A stretch of 64,000 nucleotides of DNA from Octopus bimaculoides. Lineage: Eukaryota. Positions 51,645 to 64,000 of the stretch are shown here, piece by piece; position 1 is the first letter of the stretch; each line of letters begins with the position of its first letter. The notes beneath the pieces are model-generated. The model made no database searches, was not told the DNA's origin, and saw only the letters and a list, made by a program, of their open reading frames with translations. The DNA is taken from positions 10,653,383-10,717,382 of the forward strand of contig NC_068989.1 in assembly GCF_001194135.2 (NCBI RefSeq). The letters run 5' to 3'. A program made the translations under genes and the position numbers.

Positions 51645-51850
51645 ATTTTAGCTCAAGGCCAGCAAATTCTGGGAAGTGGGATAAGTCAATTATATCAATC
51701 CCAATGTTCAACTGGTATTTATTTCATCGGCACCGAAAGGATGAAAGACAAAGTCGACCTCGGCGAAATTTGAACTTAGACCGTAATGACGGACGAAATA
51801 TCGCTATGAATTTTTCCTGATTCGCTAACAATTCTTCCAGCTCACCATCT
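51645..51850 (-). mobile_element. SINE family A (further copies at about 42300-42450 +, 57150-57285 -, 58020-58230 -, 62160-62790 degraded, 63430-63586 -)
   Basis: Shared core GAAAGGATGAAAG.CAAAGTCGACCTCGGCG.AATTTGAACT. Confidence 0.75.
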
Positions 51851-53084
51851 TACAATTTCCAAATATTGCAGTATCATTGCTAAAAATAAAAAATTCTGGA
51901 TACTAACGTTATTTTTGCCTTTCATGCTTCCAAGGTCTGTAAGGTAGATACTAGTTAAGTACCGAGATTAATATTTTCGACTGTTCTCCACTCCTTGAAT
52001 TTCCCGACCATGTGATTTTGTAAAAGATAATAATAGCTCTTTTGTATGATACGCTTGGTTGCATTGGTAGCAGGTGAATATGCACATACCTTTGCCCTGC
52101 TTACAGGTGGGTTGTTTGTTCCAGAAACTTTTGAAGCTTCGCTAAACCAACAACGGACCTACACAAAACTTGTTATATCAACTATCAATAGCTATCAAGC
52201 AATAGCATAAGAGTAAAGAATCTAGCCACAACTAAAGTAATACGTTAACACACCTATGCAATATCTATACACTTTATTCATGTGTGTAAATTTAGGAAGT
52301 TATTAGCAGTTATTCGTTTATATCTGAAATTCCTATTTTTCTATGCAATCTCTTTGAACTGTTTCATAATTCAAGACAGGTTGAAATAATTTCGAACCAC
52401 TTATAGCAATTGAATGGCCTTGGCAAAACCGTATCACATTTCCCATTTTGACCACTCCTTAAAACAAGCTACTTTTAAAAATTTTTTGTTTGGCTTCGGC
52501 AAAAACAAATAAATATATTCATTTTTCAGATCATGGAGCAATCTGCATTTGATAAAAAGAAATATTAGCATAAATTTCCTGTATAGGAAAATAACTCACA
52601 TACCTACAAACACTTTTCTGTGCGTGCACTCATACACGGACGCACACACGTAATCAAAAACATTCTAAATAGCTTAATTTCCAAGCTGAAAGCATTTCAC
52701 TTCAACTAGACAAATAACAAGCCTTTGAGAAAAGTATGACAGATCATTAATCACACTTGTTTCTTCTCTATCTCAATAATAAAGGATATTTATTTCAAGC
52801 TTTAAAATAACCTGTTTTATTTCATTGTCCGTCCTGTTGATTGGAAATTATATCTCAGTCTAGTGGCATTCTAAAATTATCACTGTTGTTGTTTGGTTTA
52901 GTGTCGAGAAGACCTTTGCCCAGAGTCACTCCAGCTATGATTCTTCAGTGATTTTGGAGGTGGGCAGGGATGGAGATTATTTTGGTTACCTTATTTAATG
53001 TGTCATTTCCCTTTTTTATGATGTCGGTGTTGTGATTTAAGGGAAATTTGACTGCTATTCTCTGCATATCGAGCTAATCCTTAT

Positions 53085-53910
53085 AGAAGTAACAAGAGGC
53101 GTACAGTTGAAACTAGAGAAGCAATAAGTGATGTTGTGGTGGAATGACATATATATACTTCAATGAGCGAAAGTGAGAACTTAGCCTTCTTCAATACACA
53201 ATAACTATACGCATCAAGGAACTCACAAATACTCAACGTCACAATCTTTGATGACCTACCATCATGATCTGACTTAATATATTTAACATTGATGAAATTG
53301 CTCCACAGACGTAGATTCCTTCTCAGAGCGCATCCCATACAAATATCTAACCTCTGTCTAAGCTTACGTAAGATCTACCGGAACTGGCAGAAGAACTTCA
53401 AGTTAGCCAGAAAACTGCCTGCAACCATTTGCATGCGACCGGAAAACCAAAAAAGTTCGACAAATGAGCACCACACGATTTGAATGAAAATCAGAAAATG
53501 CGCAGATATGAAATTTGCTCTTCTCCTCTTCTCCGTAACCAGACCGATCCATTTCTCGACCGTATTGTAACTTGCGATGGAAAGTGGATTCTATACAATA
53601 ATAAAAGACGTCCTTCGCAGTAGTTGGACCAAAACGAAGGACCGAAAACCTTCCCTAAACGCGAGCTCTTCAAAAAAAGGCAACGCTGACTGTTTGGTAG
53701 TGTACTGTTGGGATCATCCACTATAACTTCTTAAAACCTGGAAAAACCATTACTGCAGGAACATACCGGAATAAACAAACTTGTAACTCGTAGGCAAAAA
53801 TGTGTTGATTGTAATGGTACTTACTTTCATGAATAAAATTACCGCATTGTTGAAATATATTGTGATGAATTTTATTTTTCAAAACGTTGCTTACTTTTTA
53901 CTCAGCCTGA
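53085..53910 (+). mobile_element. Mariner transposon relic with right TIR
   Basis: PHDLNENQKMRRYEICSS..RNQTDPFLDRIVTCDGKWILYNNKRR; terminus CTTACTTTTTACTCAGCCTGA-TA; internal deletion before the 3' end. Confidence 0.85.
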
Positions 53911-54064
53911 TACAATGGATTCATTTTGTCCGACGCTCTGACAATTTTTCTAATTCACCACATTAGACTAGTCTTTTATTTTATCCAATCTGGATACCGT
54001 AACGTACTTAATCTGACACTCTAATGATTCTCCAGGTTCTCCACCATCATATTATAGTAATATG

Positions 54065-54228
54065 CAGGCGTGACTGTGTGGTAAGAAGTTTGGTTCTCAA
54101 CCATATGATTCCAGGTTCAATCCCACTGCGTTGTACCTTGGGTAAGTGCCTTCTACTATAGCCTCGGGATGACCAAGGCCTTGTGAGTGGATTTGGCAGA
54201 CGGAAACTGAAAGAAGCTCGTCGTAATA
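54065..54228 (+). mobile_element. SINE family D 5' part, interrupted at its internal TA tract by a DNA transposon
   Basis: GCAGGCGTGACTGTGTGGTAAGAAG...GAAAGAAGCTCGTCGTAATATA, immediately followed by CAGGGTGCG. Confidence 0.85.
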
Positions 54229-54230
54229 TA

Positions 54231-54970
54231 CAGGGTGCGATGGGGTATTTGAGAACATTTCGTTTTTAGTTCATTACACCTTCAAATAATTTAAAGTGTT
54301 ATTTTTTTTTCAGATAACCCTTTCAAGATATGCTAACTCAAGAAATGAAAAGACAAGCAGTCATAGTTGCTATACATGCAAACCACAATGATTTAAAAAT
54401 TAGCAACTTTCCAAATGTTGCAAGATCATTTGTACACAAAGTTCTGTTGGAACTGGAGGAATGTGATGGCAATATTTCACCTGTATCAAAAAGGAAACAA
54501 AATCATTCACAACGCTCAGACACTAAAAGGACACCAGAATTTATACAACATGTTTAACACATTATCGATGAAAACCCCAGAAGATTAATGAGTAGTCCAT
54601 TGCTAAAATACTTCGGGTGTCAGAGTGGACTCTCAGAACTGTGGTACATCGTGACATTCGATACGAGTCCTATGTAATGAGGAAAGGCCAATTCGTGTTT
54701 GCAAAGACACAAGAAAACTGTCTCATCCGTTCAAAATGGTTACTTAACAAAGTGTAAAACCCTCATGAACAAGGTATGCTTTGGTTTTTCTCTGACGAAA
54801 AAAGCTTTGGCCATGTTCAAAATTCCAACAGAAGAAATGACAGGTGTTTATGTGCAGATCCTTATGAATTACCCAGAATAATGCACACGAAATTTCCAGC
54901 AACTGCCATGGTTTTAGGAATCGTGAATAGCGAAGATCATGTGATGCCTCTCCACTTTTTTCCTTGATCA
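54231..54970 (+). mobile_element. maT/DD37D-like Tc1-mariner transposase relic, 5' part
   Basis: TA-CAGGGTGCGATGG terminus; MLTQEMKRQAVIVAI; WFFSDEKSF....NRRNDR; HTKFPATAMVLGIV..MPLHFF. Only the first D is visible, so the DD37D label is inferred from motif style. Confidence 0.7.
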
Positions 54971-55131
54971 AAATAAGCAATGAAGTAGTAATGCAGTACG
55001 AGGTGTGCGGATAATACCGAACTGATTGGGTGCTTCAAGTTAAGTACTTAATTCAACTGAGCTTTAATTATATATATATATATATATATATAAACTTATA
55101 CATCCATTTGTTGTTTACACCACCTGTCTTC

Positions 55132-55214
<83 letters not shown>

Positions 55215-55630
55215 NNNNNNNNNNNNNNNNNNNNNNNNNNNNNNNNNNNNNNNNNNNNNNNNNNNNNNNNNNNNNNNNNNNNNNNNNNNNNNNNNNNNNN
55301 NNNNNNNNNNNNNNNNNNNNNNNNNNNNNNNNNNNNNNNNNNNNNNNNNNNNNNNNNNNNNNNNNNNNNNNNNNNNNNNNNNNNNNNNNNNNNNNNNNNN
55401 NNNNNNNNNNNNNNNNNNNNNNNNNNNNNNNNNNNNNNNNNNNNNNNNNNNNNNNNNNNNNNNNNNNNNNNNNNNNNNNNNNNNNNNNNNNNNNNNNNNN
55501 NNNNNNNNNNNNNNNNNNNNNNNNNNNNNNNNNNNNNNNNNNNNNNNNNNNNNNNNNNNNNNNNNNNNNNNNNNNNNNNNNNNNNNNNNNNNNNNNNNNN
55601 NNNNNNNNNNNNNNNNNNNNNNNNNNNNNN

Positions 55631-55675
<45 letters not shown>

Positions 55676-57479
55676 CTTATCTATTCATGCATACTTTATG
55701 CTTGCATATATAAAGTTGTGCAATAAATAAAACACACACTCTCTCTCTCCCTCTCTCCCACATACACACACTACCTCCTCTCCCCCCTCTCTCTCTGTCT
55801 CTCTGACATAGACATACTCATACACTTAAGCAACGATTTAAATAAAAGTGGTATAAAAAAAGCGCATTTTAAGTATTGGTGGCGCACCTCAGATAAAAGC
55901 AACAACAATGACCTCAAAGTTTTTCTTTCTTATACTTTATTCATAGTTTCTGTCCTCTATACACATATTTTAACGTTCTCCGAACTGTGACAAATCGAAC
56001 TGAACAGCAAACCAACTAATATCCTTGTTGATTTCTACGAACCAATGAAAAAAAAACAGATATGAATGGTATGTAAGGGGATTGAAGACAACAAAGAAAA
56101 CAGTAATAAACATATTAAAACATGTCTGGTTCTTTTCTATATTATATACATGTGTGTGTTAGTGCGCGCGTGTGTGTATGTGTGCGTGTGCGTGTTGGCA
56201 TGCATGTATAGGTCGAGTGATCTGATGTGTCATAACTAGAAAAACATGAGAGATGAAACATGAAACGTATATTATATCTGCTTATCAATGATGAATGATA
56301 TTTACTTTGAAAAAAATCCATTTCAAAACAAATTTTTCGTTACTGGATTGATAAGTTTTGACAGAAACAAAATTCTTATATAGTCCTCTTTTACCCTAAT
56401 AGAACTGTGTGGTTAAAAAGGTTTCACAATGTTTTTAAAATCATTCAAACATTTGTTATACTTCCTGTTATATTTTATCAGTTCTCTATTTGGTTTTTCG
56501 AGGGTTAGACAATTAATTAAAAATAATCTTTCATATAGAATATATCCAAACTTACTTCACAATTCAAACTACAAAAAGGTCCGAAAACTATAACAAACTA
56601 GATAGATTATTATAGATGGGTAAAAATATTTCCGATTTTTTTTCCATAGGACACAAATTTCACTTGACACGAATTAAAATTTTTAATGGAAGTAGTGATA
56701 GTTAGACAGATATTGAGTTCATCAGTAACATTCGTCAAACTGGTTTTAATTTTTCGCCTTGCAAGACTATATGATAATAGGCTTATTAGTATTTTCTTCA
56801 ACATAGAAAATATAGTACTTATTGATTAGATCTAATATTGATTTTATCTCTACGCTCACTATCGTTTGGTAAGGTGGGGTGGGCATATTCGACTGATTCG
56901 AATTGAGTGTATTACAGCTAGTATTTCATTAACATCTGGAAAGATGAAGCAATGCTCGACGTATGAGCGATTTGAACGTGGAACCTATAGCGCCGAAAGT
57001 AATTTCTGTAATCCAATGCTCTTCTCTTTCATCCATATCTATCACCCCTCACTATATCTAATATTGATTTATTTTTACTCGACTCATGGTTTCATCTTTT
57101 GAGAAAGAGAAAGAAATAGTATAGTTGATTATAATTTCTGCTTAATATTGGTCTCTAATTTTGGTACAAAGCCAGTAATTTCGAGGTAGGAATTAAGAGG
57201 TTTGATCTCAGAACGTAAGGACTGAGGAAATACAGCTAAGCATTTTGCCTCGCGCGCTAACGATTCTGTCAGCTCGCAGCCCTAAATTTTTGCATAACAT
57301 TGATGATATTTATTTTATCGATTCTGATGAAATAGATTCCTTAATGCTTCCATTCCGGTATTTAGATGTGTCGGTCACCTCCACTGCCTTCATTTTCTTA
57401 AAGACTTAGACCACGCTGATCTCTAAAATAAGTTTAAAGTTATTCTTGGCTTCAGATAATTCTAACAGTCCTTTATCCA

Positions 57480-57527
<48 letters not shown>

Positions 57528-58463
57528 CGTGTTTGTAAAACGGAGTTTCGTATCGTGCAAGACTTATATGAAAAATAGTTTGTATTTTCACTCATCTAAA
57601 ACGCATCATAAGTTCTAAAGCTCCAGTTACACGAAATTAACCTCTAATTTCTACAACCCAAAGGTGTTATTCATACCAAAAGAAACATTAAAATTCAGAG
57701 ATCATATTTACAATGTAACTCGTTCTTTTTCTACAATTATCTAGAATGACTCACAGTTTACCATTATTGAAATAACCTCTGATTCACAGTGTAGTCATAA
57801 TGATGAACTTGTAACAAATAGGGCAACGTAATCGGCCATTTTGCATTATCAATAGACTGAGTAAGTTTCAGGCTTTGCATTTTGAGTACTTCTTTTTATG
57901 AGTGTTTCTTATTAGCAGTTCGTTAATATTGCACGTAGTTCAACATTGTTCATTTTGTTCTTGATCTTCGCTGCTGTTCGATATTGTTTGTTGAGCATGT
58001 TAATTCTAATCAATCCTTTCGATTATAGGTACAAGGCCTGAAATTTTGCGAGGAGGGATTTATTCGATTACGTAAAACCTCAGAGCTCAACTGGTACTTA
58101 TTCTATCGACCCTGAAAGGATGAAAGGTAAGGTTTACCTCGGTAGCATTTGAAATCAGAATGCAAAGCTGGAAGGAATGCTGCTAAGCATTTTGTCCGGC
58201 GCGATAACGATTCAACCAACTCGCTGCCTTCTTAATCCTAATCAATAATAATGCAATGTGTAAATATATCTGATAGAGGATGCATGCTCCTTCTCCTCCA
58301 TTTGAAATCTGTGCACAATATCTAAGCAAGAAAACAACAGATATGAGAATTACGACAGGGAAGTATCAAAATAGATATTTCCGTTGTTTAACGAAAGTAT
58401 TTCACAATGCTGGAATTTATGAGCCCTTATGACCAATGAAGAAAGGATTATTATTATTATTGT

Positions 58464-58995
58464 TCAGTAGTTTTATTTTTATAACGTGCTTTCACTTCAC
58501 TACCGAGCGCAGCTCTGTGCGCCTTGGGTATGTGCTGTGGTTTGCTGTGGTGCTCTTATGTTTACTGTATTGAAAGTGTTTTGCGTAGAATGTGTGCAGT
58601 ACCCAGTAGTGCAATTTTCTGTATGTTATATATATTTGTAAGTCCTGGTGTTTTTGTTATGTATTTGTCTGAATATTTTTTTATTATACCTAAGACACCT
58701 ACTATGATAGGAATTGTTTCTGTTTTTAGATTCCACATTCGAGTNNNNNNNNNNTGCTGTGGTGCTCTTATGTTTACTGTATTGAAAGTGTTTTGCGTAG
58801 AATGTGTGCAGTACCCAGTAGTGCAATTTTCTGTATGTTATATATATTTGTAAGTCCTGGTGTTTTTGTTATGTATTTGTCTGAATATTTTTTTATTATA
58901 CCTAAGACACCTACTATGATAGGAATTGTTTCTGTTTTTAGATTCCACATTCGAGTTATCTCTATTTCCAGGTCTTTGTATTTTGAAAGTTTTTC

Positions 58996-58996
<1 letters not shown>
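58464..58996 (-). mobile_element. Dong/R4-like 3' end flanked by (AAT)n on both sides; partly duplicated across the N gap
   Basis: EKLSKYKDLEIEITRMWNLKTETIPIIVGVLGII...LQ/QKIALLGTAHILRKTL*; (AAT)n at about 58447-58463 and 58997-59050. Confidence 0.85.
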
Positions 58997-59052
<56 letters not shown>

Positions 59053-59744
59053 ATGATTAAGAAAATAAAAGTCACCATAATGATCATAAGCTATCATAAT
59101 TATCGTCATCATTGTCGTCGTCATCACCTTCATCTAAATGAAGTCTAAAACTAGGAGGAATATATTAAAGTTGGACAAAAACCTATCATTCTTAATATAT
59201 TTAGTTTCTAATGATTAACAGGTAGTGGCTACACTTACTGAAGTTTATCTTCAATGTATGATGACTCATTCTTTTCAAGTGTATAACAGAAATATATGTA
59301 TATGTACATGCATATCCATCCATCTATCCATCTATCCATCTATCCATGAATGCATTTATCCATTTATCTGCCCGTGTGTCCATCCATCCGTCTATCTGTA
59401 TGTCTAGATATCTATTCATCTCTCTCGCAGTTTGTGAGTATTCATGTGTATGCATTGGAGTGTATGTGCGATATGTGCATAAATGCGTGTATGTGTGTGT
59501 ATGTATGTGTGTATGTGTGTGTATGTATATGTACGTGTGTATATGTGTGTAGTGTGTGCACATATGATAATCGATTTGGATTTCACGTTGTAGCTCATAA
59601 CATTTCTAAATCATTTGAAAATCACTGTCACTTTTTTTAATCTCTGTAATATACATACATGCAATTTGGACAATTTTCAATGCCGTTGCATTTATATTCG
59701 TTTCTCTCTGTTAATGTTTCTTTTTCTTCATTTACTATTATTAA

Positions 59745-59746
59745 TA

Positions 59747-59798
<52 letters not shown>

Positions 59799-59850
59799 GT
59801 TATTATTATTATTATTATTATATTATTATTATTATTATTATTATTATTGA
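59745..59850. repeat. (TTA)n microsatellite
   Basis: Directly visible. Confidence 0.97.
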
Positions 59851-62800
59851 GTGAGAGAGCGGAGTAGTAGTAGCAGTAGTAGTAGTAGTTGTAGTAGTGT
59901 CATCGTCGTCGTTGTTGTCCTTGTTTCTCTTTCTCTTCTAGTTAGTTTTTATATGAGTGTGTGGTAGTTTCATTTGAAACTCAACTCCACGTCTGACAGG
60001 ACGTATCGTTTTGTTTTTCCCTACAGGAGTTCATATAGAAAATTGGTGATATAAGATTGAAAAAAAAAATATAACAAATAAAAACGAATATCTGCAACAT
60101 ATCGAGACATGAAAGTTGTCATCCGATGGTTATCATCGAGAATAAAATGTCTGCAGACCAATGATGTGTCAATTTTTTTTTTTGTTTTGGAACACCGTTT
60201 TCTCTCAAAATGCTGTCCAATGACTGGTCTGAAATGATAATGAAAAGAAAAAAAAGTTAAGCGTTATCATAGATTCATAGATTCAATGAAAACGGAAGTA
60301 AGGATAGCCCATATTTAGACAGATAGCATAAAAGACATACCCCAATTTCAGCTGTGCATTTCGGGGAAAAAGGTTTTAGTGCATTGAAGCATGTAGTATC
60401 GTATCAACCTCAAATATAGGACACGCGATGACATTTTAAGATTTTCTTTTTGGTAAAATATTACATCATATATGTCATCAAATACGGTACTAAATAGATT
60501 CCATGTAACTGTATTGATTTTTCTTCTCTTGGCATAAGATCCTATTGTCTTTGGAGGATACTAATATTGTTGACTAAATCGATCTTATATTAATTATAGC
60601 AAACACATAATGAAATAGCTACCATCTTCATATTTAAAGATATGTGCATATGGATTAGACTGTCATTTTCAGTTAAATCAACAAGAGAACTGAATAGTAC
60701 TTACCAACAAAACATTCGTCTGATTTCCAGTGTTGCCACTACCTACTATGGTAAGCTATATCAACATGTGTTATCTGTTTAAAACTACGTGAACTGAAAC
60801 TTTGAATGCTAAGTATCTTGGCTGTGGAGAGAGTACAATACGAATGACAAAATACCAATCGTTGGTCATTCAGTATGTTGTCTTGTACTTTACTCACTCT
60901 TTTGCAACTCTCAATATGTTACTACTATTGTTTCATTAGCCCATCTGCGTTGAACACAAATTGGCCAGGTAAAGATTTATACTAGGATGCTAGAAGGAAT
61001 AAAATACCGGATTGATAGACGATGAACAAGTAAACTAATTGTAGGAAACGACTAGGATATATTTGTGCGCTTCAACAGAAGCAAAACGAAACAGCTTTTT
61101 GTTTCATATGAAATATATATTCCCTACTCATTCATTTTATGATTACATTAATAGTAGTGCCGTATTTTTAGCGCATTTGTAATGATACGGTTAGTTCCGA
61201 AATCAGCCTTCTGCGCTTATGAAAAATTCCTCATTCTCGAGTTATTCCGGCCTAAACTGGTTAGCCAGCCCACATTGTGATACACACAGACAGGAAGGTG
61301 CATTAGGATACTGAGTGTTCAGTATTTCCTAAGACAACTTATTGCTGGCGATAGCAAGCTTCACTGTCTTGAGCCGTTTCCACTACTCTAAAATAAACAG
61401 GTTGTACATCTGTTAAGATTTGTTGAAGAGTCATGAGGTCACTGTATCTCACTAACAACGATTTTTTACGATCGCCTTAAAGTCCTCAGATTGAGTACTC
61501 TTTTTATGCTAAAATTAGTAATGATATTTGCTTGAGAAGCTAGTTTACTAAGAACCTTTTTAAAACCACACCTAGTTTGAAGTAAATCTAATTTCCAAAA
61601 TTTGAGTGGTCCTTTTAATTTTCGAATATACATCTACAGTCAGTAAGAAATCTTTTAAATAATAAATAAAATCCGAATTTAGTGTCACGCCAGACAGATT
61701 ATTATTAGAAAATTATTGTTTCACTTAACAATCTTAGTCTACAATCAAGAACATGAAAATGTTTCTCATCGTTTAGTTTCAAATATGTAATGATCCAGAT
61801 TATTTCCAAATAAGTCAGAGACCGGACACCTAATTTCAAGTATTACTATATCCTATAACTAAAATTATTTCTAAGGGTGTTAGTTGGTGTGGAAAAAAAA
61901 ATAGGGTTTTAATAACAAAATAATTTACATTAATATTTCTCTTTACGTTATGCGAAGTAAAATGTTATATATACCTCAAATCTTTTCACAAATTTAGTCC
62001 GTCGAATCTCGCTATGTTCCCACTCAGGTGATATACAGAGGGCGAGTTTCTAAAAATAAAAATTATAATAATGATTAATTCATTGCCACAAAGTCACACA
62101 TTATTCAGAAGTTTATTAGCTCATTGAATATATCACAATGTTTTCTGTTAACTTATTATATTAGTCATGGAATAACAGTAAAGTCGGATTTGAACTCAGA
62201 AAGTACAGGATAAAATTATATATTTTGAGTATATTTAAACCGGTGTTCTATCATTTTGTAAACCCACTATCATAATGGTTGGTTCAGGAAGCGTCCACTT
62301 AATTTAATCAACTCAGGTACACGTCAAGAAAACAGGCGAAAAATATGAAGGACAAAGTCGACGCTGGTGAATTTCGAACTCAAAAGGTAAGAACACGAAA
62401 CTGAATATCGTCACTCTATCCTTTCTGTCATCTAATGCCCTGATAATAATTATCTTATATATAGTCACAATGCTAGAAAATTGAGAAAGGTTAGTCGATT
62501 AAACCAACAGTAGTACTTGACTGATACTTTATTTTATCGACTCCAGAAGGATAGAAGACAAAGTTGACATCGGCTCAGAAACTGTGACTAAAACGTACAG
62601 AACCGGATGAAATACCACAAGGTATTTCGTTCGGCACTCTAACCACCTTACAAGAATCAACCCGAGTACTAAATTGGCACATTATCATCTCAAAAAGGAC
62701 GAACAACACCGTCGACCTCAGTAGTGTTTGAATTCGAGGAACTGAAAGTCTAAACGAGTACTTTCAAAGCTTTCAATCAAATGCTCTAACGATTCTGATA

Positions 62801-64000
62801 ATTTGACAGTTTTAATATCCTAATAGTATTGTTAAGCATGTGTCAGCATCATTATGGGAACAGTTACATGTGTACGATAATCAGAGACATATTTGTCCAG
62901 GCAGACAAATTAAAACAAGCTCTTTCAGGTCATAGAAGTCAAAACATAAAAAGCCTTTCAAGTCATACAATTTTATATATATATAAAGTCCAAAAATAGC
63001 TCCGCAGCACTCAAAATCTATACACGTTTAGTTTAATAGCACAATGCACATAACACACTTCAGGCATAATCTTTTCACGGTAATATGACACAGCAAAACA
63101 GAACTTATTCTGTATAACACACTAACCTCCTTCCCTACCTCATCTCCAAAATATCAGAATATTTGGTCGCTGCAAATCTTTCTCGGTGCATTATTAATAT
63201 CAGTTTATTAATCCCGACATGTTGTAATATAAAATCGACCATAAGATTTATAGGTGAAGTGAAGAGGGATTGAAATAGAATAAACACAACGAAGGCCGTG
63301 AAAGTGTGTAGGCTAATGAAGGTTTACCTTGGTAGAAATCAGGATATGCTGTCCTCTGGTGAACAAAACGAAACACTATTTTCTCCATGACATGATTCGA
63401 ACATCAAATTAGATGTAATATATCCTTTCTCCTATAGACGCAAGGCCTGAAATTTTGGGGGAGAGAACTAGTCGGTTTCATTCAACCCTCGACCTCGGCG
63501 CACTTTGAACTGAGAACGTAAAGACGGGAGAAAAGCTGCTAAAACTTTTACCCGGCGTGCTAACGGTTCTGCTAGCTCACCGCCTTAGTTAGATGTGATA
63601 AATAAATACTTTTCCAATGATGAATCTTGTAACAAATACCACAGAACATACAGATCAGTTGCATCTCATTAAAAAAGTTAACATTGCAGACAATATGCTT
63701 ATCAATAAAATAGCATCAACATTAATAACATTCACACATACGCACATACTTTGTAAAACTATATTATATTCGTTTTCATTGGGAGAGGTAGGAGATAGAT
63801 ACAGGATGATATACACCATCTTTGAAACTGAGAAGGTGAAAGAACAAGCCCAAATAGTACGAGACACGGCTGCCCATAAACTGGTCACACTCGAAAGACG
63901 AGTGTCACTGTCACTGCATCTACTCTTGACTCGTAACTACTTTCGCGATGCAATATGCGCAGGAAGTCAGGTTCGACGTATCGTTCGATATGAAGCCACC

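Noticed and set aside
58524-58960. Apparent direct repeat within the Dong/R4 fragment
   Set aside because: Identical segments either side of a 10-N gap; assembly artefact.

Overview
AT-rich, microsatellite-dense eukaryotic genomic DNA with N gaps (503-1365, 7997-8396, 10279-10288, 32579-33012, 37972-38233, 39546-39726, 40789-40872, 48008-48018, 49135-49293, 55215-55630, 58745-58754). The repeat content (tRNA-derived SINEs, Dong/R4, RTE and Penelope retroelements, Tc1/mariner relics) looks like an octopus/coleoid cephalopod genome; this is an inference from recalled repeat sequences, not a search. Three spliced genes can be rebuilt by hand from GT-AG junctions with consistent phases. (1) Plus strand, 8766-22264: a ~955-970 aa protein with an apparently intact dynamin/mitofusin/BDLP-type GTPase (GETGAGKS, CTS, DTPG, NRWD), a long helical stalk and a C-terminal pseudokinase (HRD->HPE, DFG->TGM, APE kept). 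One exon (20201-20387) has an unresolved frame break. (2, 3) Two tandem minus-strand paralogues encoding secreted proteins made only of VWA domains: gene A (46319-42971; signal peptide + 2 VWA, 408 aa) and gene B (34362-27623; signal peptide + 3 VWA, 610 aa). Gene B gained a domain by tandem exon duplication, and both duplicated domains have lost the last MIDAS Asp. The rest is transposon relics, hammerhead-like motifs in Penelope terminal repeats, MITE-like inverted repeats and microsatellites. Most entries in the supplied ORF track are microsatellite or N-gap artefacts.
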